Of a DNA stretch of 64,000 bases, positions 13,028 to 25,357 are shown piece after piece (position 1 is the first letter of the stretch; every line of letters starts with the position of its first letter). The translations under genes were made by a program, and so were the position numbers. The stretch covers positions 11,100,001 through 11,164,000 of the forward strand of contig NC_087252.1 of the NCBI RefSeq assembly GCF_037042905.1, in the 5' to 3' direction. The notes beneath the pieces were generated by a model, which worked only from the letters and a program-made list of their open reading frames with translations, ran no database searches and was not told the origin of the DNA. Origin of the DNA: Lytechinus pictus (lineage: Eukaryota).

Positions 13028-14536
13028 TAGTATTATATATTGTTGTCTGGTAAACCTCAGACAATGAGATTTGCATCTTGGCAATTAAAATTTATTTCAA
13101 CATGAAGTTCCTTCCAGATCCATAATCATTTAATGAAGCATTTTTTATCATGCTTTTTTCCTTTGAGGAATGTAAAGCTTCATATTACAAGCAACAAATG
13201 GATGATAGTTGAATTTCGTGACAAAACTTGGCTTTTCCCAGCTTAAAAGCAATTCAAATGACTATGAATTTGCCACTAACCAATCGGGTTATGCGAATAT
13301 GTAAAATGGCACAGTAGTAAGTCTATGCATTATCCACGCGAGTTGTGAGATATCTAGCGATAATATCGCTGTTGTGAAGCTCTTGGTACAACTGTTTAAC
13401 ACAAGAGCATATCGATCATCGTTTTATAAGCAGTGAAGAAGATTCCCTGCGTTGTGCAAAATGCCTTTTGTGTACAATGTACTCTAGGTTATAAAGAGAG
13501 GCCTGTGCCAGTCCATGTTATAGCGATGTCAGTTTATACTCCAAATCGATGCTTTTTAAACATGTTTAAACGAAAATGGTTCTTGTAAAAGATTCCTATG
13601 AGGGATAATTCAAAATGTAGGCATAACAATTTTTATACATAGATACACATGTTCATAATGTCCGGGAATGTCACCCATTATTATGATATGGCGAAAGATT
13701 CATGCCAATCTATGGCAAAGGAATGGTAGCATCTATAGAGTAAGAAACTCTCCATCTTTGGGATGGTGAAAACAAAATCGACTGTCAGAGCAGTATTAAC
13801 TAATACAAGTAAATCCAGTACACAGTTGGCCATGACCATCAGTATTATCGGTGCTCCGGTGTCGTATTGAATTCTTCTGTACACAATCCGATTGGAATAT
13901 AGGCGTATATACTGTAGTAATTACTCGACAACAATTTTAAGAAGGGTTAAATTAAATCCATTGGTCCAGCACAGTTGCTGTTATTGGTTGGTATACTAAC
14001 CACACATTAGAACGAGTATTGTAGAAAATTTGGCAATGCCAAGTAAGAAAAAGTTGGAAGCAATTTTATTATTCGGATGAATTGAAGTCAAAATAAGGCT
14101 GTAATAAGGGTAAGGCTCGCAATCCAAATCAATGACATGGTTCGATGTCATATCAGCATACGGTTTAATTCGATAAACCAAAGAGTTTAGAGAGTAAATC
14201 ATTATAATGATGTGAAGGTGTGCTGAATCAGCGAAATTTCTAGAAGAAAAGATAGGGCAGCGCCCTAATGAAGAAACAGTGTAGGGCAGCCCCCTGATGT
14301 AGAAAGGTATGGCTCACATACCAAAAATATGGGTGGAGGAGCCCTCCTGCCCAAGTCAGCATGACTTGCATGCCTTAAAATATCAGAGACTGCCATGATA
14401 GCTGCCGCTTTTACTCAACTCCAGGCGGCTTTCCATGCCTGCTCCCCAACGGAGAGCAGGGCTGAAGGAGACCGTAGGCTTACGTCTCCTCAATACTCAC
14501 CATGAAGATAAAGATGTGTAGTCACTGCCGTCACAC

Positions 14537-14696
14537 TTGAAAAAGATGGTTCCTATTCATTGTTTAGGGCCTTTTATAGAGAACTGGTCCTGTGTGGAAT
14601 TTTGATTGCTTTGAATCCCATTGTGTGAATTTCACTGCCTAACACCTGGGAAATGCTATCCTCTGAAGACTTATACGAATGTTACGTAATAGAATT
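14537..14696 (-). repeat. DIRS 5' ITR
   Basis: Reverse complement of the left ITR; outer 44 nt exactly complementary to the ICR right half. Confidence 0.9.
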
Positions 14697-16175
14697 AAGT
14701 ACATGGCCTATGGGAAGTTGTCCTTGCCCCTTGTCATGATTTACTTAGTACCCTGTTGCCGATTTGAAATCTACATAGTCTTAGGGATCTCAATATTAAA
14801 GCAGTCATAACTTTCTTATTGCTTGTCCGATTTCCTTCAAACTTTAACCATTCTGTTTTATTTATTTTTCTCCTTTCCACGTAGCAGTTTATGACCAAGG
14901 CTGGATTCCCCTTTAAACCCAGGTTTAACACTGGTCTAACCTAGAATTTTAAACCACACTTCTATGAAATGCTGGGCTCTACAATATTTCTTCCACATTT
15001 GTGGCAATTATAATATATCAAATATGGTACACTGTAGTTCATTAAAATTCATTACATTTTGTGTTTTTATAATCTTCCCATTTCATGGCTCAATTAATTT
15101 TTTGACAACTTTTTTTGCAAGAGGATATGAATGATTTTTAATAGGTAAATTAGATGACCACTGGCACTCCATAAACGTATGGTCTAAGTTAACCCAGGTT
15201 AAACTAAACCATGGCTACGAGAATACCACCACATTAATTTTCTTGTGTTCATGACCAGAACAAAATCACTGACAATCTCCATTGAAAAGACCAAAAAAAA
15301 AATTGAAAAACAAAATATGAATAAAAAATTTACAATAATAAAATGCACCCCCCCCCCAAAATGTGATGCTGTTTATAAAGTACATTAAATCAGAATCTCA
15401 CAAGGAGACTGTGAATTAACAAAATATGGGGGGGGGGCTTCATTTAATTAAGGACTTTGAGTTTATGCCTAATTAGCATCTGTTTTAAGGTTTTTTCATA
15501 GAAAATTTGATTTTCCAATTTTGTACATTATGGTATGGGTAGTGTGGAAATTTGGTCAGTTGCATTCATAAACTTTAAAAAAAGAAAATGGGAAAAAATC
15601 AACCAACTAATTTTTTATAGCTACCGGTATATGAAATCAAAACAACTACCCAAACATAACTTTCAAATAATCTAAAATAAATAAATAAACTTGGTAATAA
15701 AGCAACCTTGATCATATTTTGTAGATAGAAAACTCTGGTCAATCACCTTACAGTTTGTCCAACATAAAAAATTTAGCATTTTTGAACCCTTCCTGCATGA
15801 AACCTATGATTGGATATTTTCTTTTAATTTGATGTAACATGGTGACCTTCAATTTATCCTAACATATTTTTTTACAAAACAAACAATATATGTATGTTGT
15901 CAAATAGAGAATGAATTCTAAATAAAAGTTTGATTCAGTACTTTTTGTATGGATCAGTTTTCTCTATTGGGAGCCACTTGGGTTTATTTTGGGGGTGATT
16001 ATAGTTCCATGTGCATTTGTTTATTTTACTATGAGTTGAAATCCAAAATCTTGATATATATTTGAAATAAAGCCAATACAAGATTTTTTTAACATTTCCA
16101 CATTTGCTTGTAAAATTCCTTCCACAAATCAACATGAGCCTCAAAAGGTACCAATACTAGCAAATCAATTATCAC

Positions 16176-17472
16176 CTGTACATTCTTGAGGACTTTGGGG
16201 CAGATCTTCCTCGGTTATTTCCTGCTTCCTTTCCTCCTTCTTCTCTCCCTTCCGCTCTACCCGTTTCCTCTTCTTCTCCACCTTCCTCTGGTCCATCCTC
16301 TTTGATCTGATCATCTTCTCCGTCTTTCCCTCTCCATCTCTGATGAAATCACTGTCTACCCTTTTCTTTGAGCACCTCCTAGACCTTCGGAGACTGGGTC
16401 TTTGAACACCCTGGATGTTCTGTAGGTTGGCATGACCAGCATCTTGTGAGTTTCCTTCAAGTTCCCCACTCCTGGGTCTTGGCTCTGCTGCAGATGATAC
16501 TTTATTCATGAAGGAACATTTGGTATGAGATGTCTTCCTACATCTATTTGTAGATGATTTTGCTTTTGTTATTTGCTCCTTCTTCAATTTTTCATTTGGC
16601 CCGTCTCCATCGATACAGATACAATCTTCCTGACAGGTACCAGTTGCTTTGGAAGCACCAGCAGTCTTGGCAGGTGGTGATTTTCTTGGTTCTGGAGTTG
16701 CTATCTTTGAAGATGGTGTGTCTATGTGCAACAACACTGGAGGCACTTGTGATATTGTCTCATTGCACTGCTCTTTCCCATCAGTACGAACAACACCTGC
16801 AGCATTTTCGCGAAAAAATACCGATTCATCATCCCTTGCCACTTCAACATGATTATGATCGCAGGAAGAAGCAACATCTTCTGCAGAGGACAGTTCTTCC
16901 CTGCCTGAATGCTTTATTTCCAATCCATGTACTTTCTTTGCATCAACAATGATTTTGGCACCTACTGCAGCCTGCGCTATGATATCACCGGGGTTCATGA
17001 GCAATGCAGTTTGGACCTGCCCAGTGGAACTAGTTCCCCCTCTACCAGAGTTTGGTGCTGTTTTATGAGTATCCACCCAGGGATTCCCCTGAGTGCCATC
17101 TCTTGGATTGAAACATGAATGGGGATCATCAGTATCCCTGTCCTCCCCAGCGATACGACAGGACTCACCAAGTACACTGGCAGCTGCATCCGCAAGGACG
17201 TTGATTCTATCCCCATCTTGATTCTGGGCATGGCTGGCGTCACCCTTGTCCTCGTCTACCACCTCATCATCATCGTCATCATCGCTCTCTTCTGTTACGC
17301 CATGAGTCTCCATCATGTGCTTCTGTAAGTTCAAAGCTTTACTAAAAGCTCTCTTGCACATCATGCAACCATACGGTTTCATCTTCCTTGAAGATTTTGT
17401 TTCATCCACTGGAACGTTGCATGGTGATGCTGCCCTTCTCATTGTCGTGGTAGGTTCAACTGATGGCTCCAT
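16176..17472 (-). CDS. C2H2 zinc-finger protein, 5' large exon (one isolated finger, acidic tract, K/R-rich NLS-like region)
   Basis: 435-aa ORF with YGCMMCKRAF..LQKHMMETH; acceptor tgtag at 17530 (frame open from 17529, so the true start may be upstream); donor g|gtgat at 16175. Confidence 0.85.
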
Positions 17473-18713
17473 CTCATATTCCGTCCCCTCTTTTGAATAC
17501 GCTTTAACTCTGGATCTGGATAGGTCGCCCTACATAGAAAAGAGACAAGTAAAATATCTCTCATAAAGGAGTGATCTCCCTTTTATATAGCATCATCAAA
17601 AGCGTCATAAATTGCACACAGTAGCTACATTTGGAACCTGTGACATGCCCAAGGAATGACCGAGGGCATTTACAGTTTTAACTTTAGGTAACAACTGCAA
17701 GAAACTGATCTAATGCCTGAGCAAAATGATAAATTAATGTTTTACAAGAATGTGGAAACTGATCAATATCATCCCAAAACATAACCATACACAAAGCTGT
17801 TGCTTTGCAAGCGTTGTGCTGTATCACTTCTGTGACATATAAATGCATACTACATTTAATAGTGCTTGCCAAATGCCTCCACCATTTCCAGGAAAGGCTA
17901 ATTGGCACAAATCAGCTGACTGCCCTACTCGCGTCCGTAACGTTGGGGAAGTACAATAAGAAACAAGATGGCGGCGTAAACATCGGGCAAGTCTCTTCCG
18001 TCTTTTCACAATATTTTTTCATTTTTTTGATGAATTCTTGTTTTAAAAATTACAACGAGAGCGTAGAAATGTCGGAAATTAAGTTTTATCCCATTTACAT
18101 GATTTAGAGCTAGATCTTTTAGAAGGAAAGTAGAAATCTCGGGGGCGAAAGTTTCAGGGTTTTTTGCGGTAGGCCTACACGCAGATGAATGGGGAGGACT
18201 GCCTGGCTTCGTATGAGAGTAACCTTACGTTAGTAAATGATTTTACTCTCTAGAAGCCGCCTGGCTACCCACACCCACACCACCCATCTCATCTTACAAC
18301 ACCCAGGTCAAGTACCCGATGCGTTTAATGCCCAGGGCCAGGAGGGCCCTGCATCATATACATCCAGAGACCAGATCCAACATAAAAACCAGTACGTGGG
18401 ACGTACATTAAATAATTATATGATCTTGATCCATTCGAAGAGTCAAAGAGAGCTTCTTATGTACCACAAAAAGACGTTGATCTAATTTGAACTTACCTAA
18501 CTTTCCTCGATTCACATTCATGCCACAATAAATCAGAATAAAGACATCTAGCATTAAAACTAAACTTAAAGTAAAATCGAATCACTCACGCACGTCTTTG
18601 TTTGCTGGGTTTGTTATTGAATAACGATCGTAGAGGGCTTCAACTCGAATCAGCAATATCGAAACTCTGATCCTCTTTGCATTTTATGGCTCCAGTTATT
18701 TTGGAATGGAATT

Positions 18714-18867
18714 ATACCTCGGTCACATTTGCTCTACGTTGGACGTACGGCGAGTCGAAAACAGCCGTTTTAACATTTTTTGTACCAGTTACATATAGGT
18801 GGTTTGAATAAAACGACTGTTTTCGACTCGCCTTACGGCCAACGTAGAGCAAATGTGACCGAGGTAT
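18714..18867. mobile_element. ~150-bp palindromic MITE
   Basis: tacctcggtcacatttgctctacgttgg ... ccaacgtagagcaaatgtgaccgaggta; diverged relative at 50810-50981. Confidence 0.75.
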
Positions 18868-18953
18868 TAATCTGCTTTTATTGTGCCCCCCCCCCTCTGC
18901 TTTTATTCGAATAAAGTTACTAGAACATCTACAATCCATATTTGCTTCATTAA

Positions 18954-19654
18954 AGGACAAGTCCACCCCAACAAAAGTTGATTTGAATAAAAAGAAAAAA
19001 ATCCAACAAGCATAACAATGAAAATTTCATCAATATTGGATGTAAAGTAAACAATTTATGAAATCTTGCTCGGTACATGGTATGCAAATATATATGGGGA
19101 TCGATGACGTCACTCACTCACTATTTCTTTTGTAGTTTGTTATATGAAATATAATGTCTAACCTGTCTAACGAAATGTCTAACCTCCGACAGACCTGTGA
19201 TCACTGCAGAGACTGACCCAAGACAGACGGGAGTGGAGAGCTTTTGTACATGTTGCTGCCCTACATGCCAGGAGGCATAACGGGCAGTGATAAGTAAGTA
19301 TGTGGAATATGAAATATTTTAGTTTTCTCCTCATAATTTGCCCTGTGAAACAAAGTTTTATTTTCCCTGAACATGTGGAATTACTGTAGTTTTCACATTT
19401 TATGGTTCAGTCAAGTTGGTCCTTATTGTCTTAATATAGTAGAAACTAAAATATTGTACAATATTTAGTGAGTGAGGAACATCATCGACTTTCTGCATGT
19501 GCATCTCACTGAATTGCGCATAATAACTGTTTTGTTAAACAATAAGCGAAAAATAAAAATGTCTATTTTGCATCCGACTTTCAGCGTTGTGCTTGTTTGA
19601 TTTTTCTCTATTCATTCAAATCAGCATTTTTCTATAGTAGGGTGGACTTGACCT
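18954..19654. mobile_element. Kolobok/T2-like MITE copy containing an RTE LINE stub
   Basis: ttaa|aggacaagtccac ... gtggacttgacct; same family as 72-659. Confidence 0.75.
19160..19300 (+). mobile_element. 3' end of an RTE-clade LINE
   Basis: QDRREWRAFV..AALHARRHNGQ* followed by a (taag)n tail. Confidence 0.65.
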
Positions 19655-21410
19655 CTAAGGATGTATTGTGGGAAGCCGATGCAATTCCATGGTAAATGAG
19701 ATTGATATCATATAGCACCAAGAAAGTATAGGTCCCTCCTTCCCACAAGCCTCCCTCCCCTCTCCCCCTCCCCTCTCTCTCCCCCACTCTCTCTCTCCCC
19801 ATTTATCTCTTCTTGACCATCCCCCAAGCTTATCCACTCCAGTCTCTCTCCTGTATATAGCTCCCTGGTGTATTTAGGTTTTGGACGTTTTCAATTTCCT
19901 TTTGGCCTGCGGACTGAACTTATTTTAGGATCCTGAAAGTCGTTCGTGCTTGATTACGATCCGATACCTTTTCCTAAATTTGGTCACTAGAAACGCCGCC
20001 AGTCGCCCACCCCTGTTTGACATGCAGTGTATAGTTTCGTATTTAGTCATTCGTGAGAACTGAAAATGCAACAAGAACACGAAATTATATACCCCCAATT
20101 AAATAAAAACGGATAAAGTGACAGTTGAACTAAATAAATTAAAAGACAGGAATGACTCAATTACACTCTCTTGCGATTATAGATCAGTTTATATAACAAA
20201 AGATGGATCTGAAAGAAATATATATATTGGTATAGATTTTTAATAAAAAATAATTGTGTCTTGTCTACTGTAGGTACATAGAATAAGATTTGAAGAAAAA
20301 TAAATTCTGATTTTATTACCAAGGTTCTATTTTTTTCTTCCTTTTCATTTTATTCCATAGATCAAAAGGAACCTTTATTTCATATATAAAACAAAAGTAG
20401 TTACGAACCAAATTATGTTATATACATTTTATTTACAAAATCTGCAAAACATACAATTAAACATGAAAAGTAGCGATGCCTACTTAAAAAATAATGCATT
20501 AACAACCTAGCTCCTATAAGTAAATATAATGTGTTAAATGGTGATGAAATCACCAAGAACTATTAAAGATTATTATTTTGGTGCCTCCATGGATAGATTT
20601 TGATCTATTTGAACATAAATCTCTCTCTAAAAAAGCATCCAACAAACAATTTTTGCATTGTTTAATTAATTTCTTTTCATTTCATTGTGTTTTGTTCTTT
20701 GTTTTGTGTTCTTTTCTTTCCATTTCTTTTCCCTTTTTCTATTATTTTATTTTCTTCCCCTTTTCCTGTCAATTTTTTTTTCTTTTCCCTGTTTATTTAT
20801 ATTTCGTTTCACCCCAATTTTTAAAATTTCTTTTCCTTTCTTCTTTATTTTCCATTTATTTCCTTATTTTTCTTGTTTTTCCTTTCCTTTTTTTCTTTTG
20901 TTTTCTTTACCCATTTTCCCTTCTTTTCTTTGTGTTCTTTCCTCTCCCGTTTTATATTTTATTGGATTAAGTTCACCCTTTAAATTGAAATTCCTTTCTC
21001 TATAGTGATCGAGCGCATAATCTGGAAGAAATCGATACCACCACCTATCACTTAAGTGCAAAATTAATATCTGGATATAGTGCTTGTTTAATCATGGTAA
21101 TAGGCGACTTTCAGACAGTTTGGTGAACTATGTATCGAAAGGCAGTCACAGCTAAAGAATCGGCCGCAGACTGAACGCGACACTCGCTGTACATTGCATG
21201 TATGTTACGCAGTATATCGATAGCGGATTTACTATATACTCCATGGGTGTGACTGGCTGACTGCCGAGTATTATCGGCCATGGTGTTGCTGCAAAGGAAA
21301 AAGAATGATGTCAACAGTGAGGCTGATGTGTTTGTAATCCCATTCGGTTCCTGGACCAAGTCGGAAGCGGGTGGATTCTGGTGGAAATCTCCAAGCTTGG
21401 TATAGTCATA

Positions 21411-21491
21411 ATGGAATATGTCAAAAGGGAATTTCGGCTCAAAAACTTTGGCTTTTGCGACACATCACCGGAGGAGTTTTACCGATTTCAG
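21411..21491 (+). CDS. Rolling stone-like membrane protein, exon 1 (MEYVKREFRLKNFGFCDTSPEEFYRFQ)
   Basis: ATG, EFRL..FG..F...Q as in rost-like N-termini, cag|gtagg phase-0 donor matching the exon at 29004. Confidence 0.7.
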
Positions 21492-24400
21492 GTAGGCAAT
21501 TTTGTCTACGTTTTGTTGTAATGATAATGATTATTCAAGTTTTAAACAGTTTTTATAAAGGGTACTACAATGTGTCAGAAATATTCATAGAGTTGGTAAT
21601 TGCTGGTTGAATATCTGTATACACGCAGGTGTACTAAAATAGTTTTAAAAAGTCGGGGAGACGTGCATTGCATGGGGAGTCGTGGTTGTTAAAGAAATTG
21701 AAAAAAAAACGGCTTTTCCGATGAACAAAAATTTCCGATGAACAACAATTCTTAAACGGTGGACAGATTCAATTTTTGTTCCAGAACTACATCCCTTCCT
21801 CTTGTCCTCCCCTTGAAGATGTTGAATCGTATTCGACTAACAATGATTTGAACCCAGTCCCTTAGTAAGTTGCCCTAGATAAAATGCACATATTCATATC
21901 ATGTAATTCTATCGCTTCGCTCGATCGTTCAGTGTTTTTTAAAACAGTGATAATAAGGTATATAATATGGTAGCCTTCTTAAAGTGGCATGTTTTCTTTT
22001 GTTATTTCGACGATACAGATATAGCTGTTTCGGTTAATTTTAACCCAAGGGAAATTAAATAACATGTAAAAAGGTTTTACTTTCGAGTATTGATACCGAT
22101 GAAAAAGTGTGTGACCAACCCCTTAGGCAGTGGCTTAAGGAGTCAACAATTTTGAAGGGGGAGTGGATTTTCTAGATAATCGCGAGCGAGTGAAGTGAGC
22201 TAAACAAAATTACCTAAAAAATGAAAATCGAACATCTATTTAGTTTTTTGACAAACTTTTCAATAATATCCAGAACACTTTTCTTATTTCACAATTTCTT
22301 TCGAATCCTTTTATTTTCCCCATGTATGTTTCTTTTGTAGATTTTTGGTTTCATTTTGTTTGGGGTTTTTTAAGGGGGAAGGGGGGGGGGGGGTGGGTAA
22401 CTGCCCCAACCTACTTTCTGTACCTCAATGGCCTTCATGCAGGACTGATTACGATCCGCTCTGTTGATTGTTGCTATGAACATGATGGAGCTATTTTCAA
22501 AACAATTCAAACAGCTGATTGCGATTATAATTTATGCGTGAGCAAAGCGACTATCGGAAGATTATATCAACGGGTTGATGGGTTTCGTGGCATTAGGCAT
22601 TTTAATCTGACATTCTGATTCCTACGTCACGTCTTTATGTTACAGTGTAGTATTGGGGGCGCTCAAAAAATATCCCATACTACTTTAAATAAAAACGTAT
22701 TACCTTATTAAAATGAATTTTAATTCACAGGGGCTGCGGAACGGTTTTGAAAGTGGAAGGGGGGGGGGGGGGGGGCTGACCATGCAAAAATCGTAATCAA
22801 TTGGTAATTTTTTACGTTTTTCTACACGGTTTTTTCAGAAAGTGCGGGTGATGAAGCCCCTGCAGACCCCCCCCCCCGTTTCCGCGGCCCCTGATTCATA
22901 GATAACTTTTAAATTAATTGATAATATAAGTCCATCATATTTTTTTCACGAAATGATGCAAATATTCATAATTTATATTCCTTCTTATCACCTTTCCCTT
23001 AATTTTACATCGCCTATCAATCTTAATTCATGCGCGTGTTCTTTTCATTTTATTTATTTAGTATTTATATTGTTTTTGTCTGCTTGTGGATATACGTGAA
23101 ACATAATTTATGATGAATTCAAATGAAACATAAACATGATATATGCGTGAAGACAATGCCGTCAGAGAGTATACAAACTTTTTTTTAATTTCAGCAATCA
23201 GGGGAAGTTTTTGGTTGATGAATGTGACACGAGCACCTCCCTTTCTTCTGAAAACTATGCACTGAGCCCCCCCCCCTCTGACGAATAAAAAAAAATCGCT
23301 ATTTTTTCATTTCAGTTGTTAAAATGTAATTTTTTTTGCTCATCTATTTCTCGATTGCAGCAGCCGTCCAATACCCAGCACCACACGAGGTTTTTTTGCC
23401 CCCCCCCCCCCCGATCACTGACCAACAAAAGAAGAAAGGCGTACACAAGTAATCAAAAGTAATAAAAATGGTATGATGGAATGAGCAAGTGTAAAAAAAC
23501 AACAACAACCAATAATGCATCCTTTTCAGAAAGCTCTCGTGACCCCATATTTATTTTCCATTTGCATATTGTGGTATCGAAATCAAATCAGTATGTTATA
23601 TTCTGTTAGTAATGACTAAAATCTGATGTAGATTATATCGAAACAAATCCTTTCGCTACCTGCCGATCATAACGAAAGTGTAGCATTAAGGTTTTTACCC
23701 CATGTCAACCTAGTATATAGAGGCAGTCTTTGTCGGTCTTTGTTTGATTTTTTTTGGAGGGGGGGGGGGTTCTAAACCCAGGGTAGCCATTTCAGCCAAT
23801 TATCTTCCAGCAGGCACTACATAACATCGATTACTATTTGTTGCCTTTTTAGTATATTCTTTATATATTTCGATATTTACATAGTATTCATCTCTTTTAT
23901 AGGCCTACTCCGTTAAAATAGTAAATAAATCAATAAATAAATACAATAAATAATTGAATAAATGAAATAAATGAACACATAAATGAATAAATAAATAATA
24001 ATAAAAGGATGCCTCAATTGAGGAATCAACTTTGTTGGAAGTATATAGAAAACAATGCTTCTGACGGAATGAGCCATATTATGACCCTTGTAGTAGTCAA
24101 TAACTACACTCTTAAAAATGTTTGGCAACATACTGTCCACAAAACAATTGGTTAAAAATTTATCAAATTCTTGGTAGTTTTAAACCAATAATGTGTGCTT
24201 TAGGTGAAAACTACACAGTAATGGTTGTAAAACTACCCAGCTAGAGTTGGATAATTGAGGCATCCTTTTTTATTTTTTTATTTTTTTTTTAACGGAGAAG
24301 GCCTATAAAAGAGATGAATACTATGTAAATATCGAAATATATAAAGATAAATACTATACAAATATCGAGATGTATAAAGAATATACTGCAGATATAAAAA

Positions 24401-25357
24401 AAGAAATGCTATCGAATTCAGACACGACGAAAGATTTCTTGTATTATAGATTATTATCATTTTCATTTTTATATTTAAAAGTAAAACCCCATCTCACCGT
24501 TGGTTTGAAACTTCTTTATTTCCAAGTAACTTACTCTTACAGGTAGTTGCTGTTTTTTTTTTAATGCGCTCTAATAAAAAACATATTTCACGCGGTAGGT
24601 CTACAGTGGACCTATTTACATAGTGAAAGCAGTCTAACGGATCTGTTGAACTGGGTGACGTATCTTGTCATATCACTTCCGGTAACACTCTGCAATTACT
24701 TCCGGTAATTGTCATACCAAGAGAAAGTTCCTATCTCTTTACAAGTCCCATGACATATATACCAGGATGCGAGAGGGTACATTGGTCAGAGGGCAGGATG
24801 AAACTCACCTTGAAAAAAAAATATTCCCCAAAACTATGACATTGGAGTCTTCCCATAAGTCCGATTTTTCACATTTTTTTTATAATTAAAGGGAAAGTTC
24901 ACCCTGACGAAAAGTTTGGTGTAAAATACCAAATAAAAACATGATAATAAATATTGATGACGTTTGAAGAAAATCCATTTAAGAATACACTCTTAAAATA
25001 GTAAGGCAAATTATGCCAAACTTTAAACCAACCCTAGGCAACATGCTTTCCACATAACTATTGTTTAAAATCTGCCCAAATTGGGTTATAAAAACTGATA
25101 ATCGGGTAAAATATTTGCTCAATTGGATAATGATTACCCAGAATATATATATATAATTATATATATATTTACCAACATACATTACCCAACACTTTAAGTG
25201 TGCATGATTGCGTTTGAATTATAGGGCGTTTCATTTGATTAAAATTGTCGTTCTCTGGCAGTTTCCATAGCAACAGTCGGAATCTAGTGCTTCTCAACCA
25301 ATAATCCGAAATATATATAGTCAGTGCTGACAGTTGTCTGCCGACATAATGCCAGTC

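Larger units (their letters stand above)
7730..14696 (-). mobile_element. DIRS1-type tyrosine-recombinase retrotransposon, coding-dead
   Basis: Inverted terminal repeats, 3' extension at the left end, ICR at 8419-8535 complementary to both termini, AATT at both ends, decayed RT/RH/MT/YR-like motifs on the minus strand. Confidence 0.85.
7369..14912. mobile_element. Kolobok/T2-like MITE split by the DIRS insertion (parts 7369-7729 and 14697-14912)
   Basis: ttaa|aggggaatcca ... tggattcccct|ttaa; matching arm sequence (tcggacaagcaataa / ttattgcttgtccga) on either side of the 7-kb insert. Confidence 0.8.

Noticed and set aside
14250..14310. Possible hammerhead ribozyme (ctgatg..gaaa, ctaatga.gaaa)
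   Set aside because: No room for stem II and no complete CUGANGA...GAAA core with flanking helices
20578..21061. Phe-rich ORFs, and the poly-M/I/H ORFs at 30.4 and 57.6 kb
   Set aside because: Low-complexity pyrimidine tract and (GAT)n microsatellites
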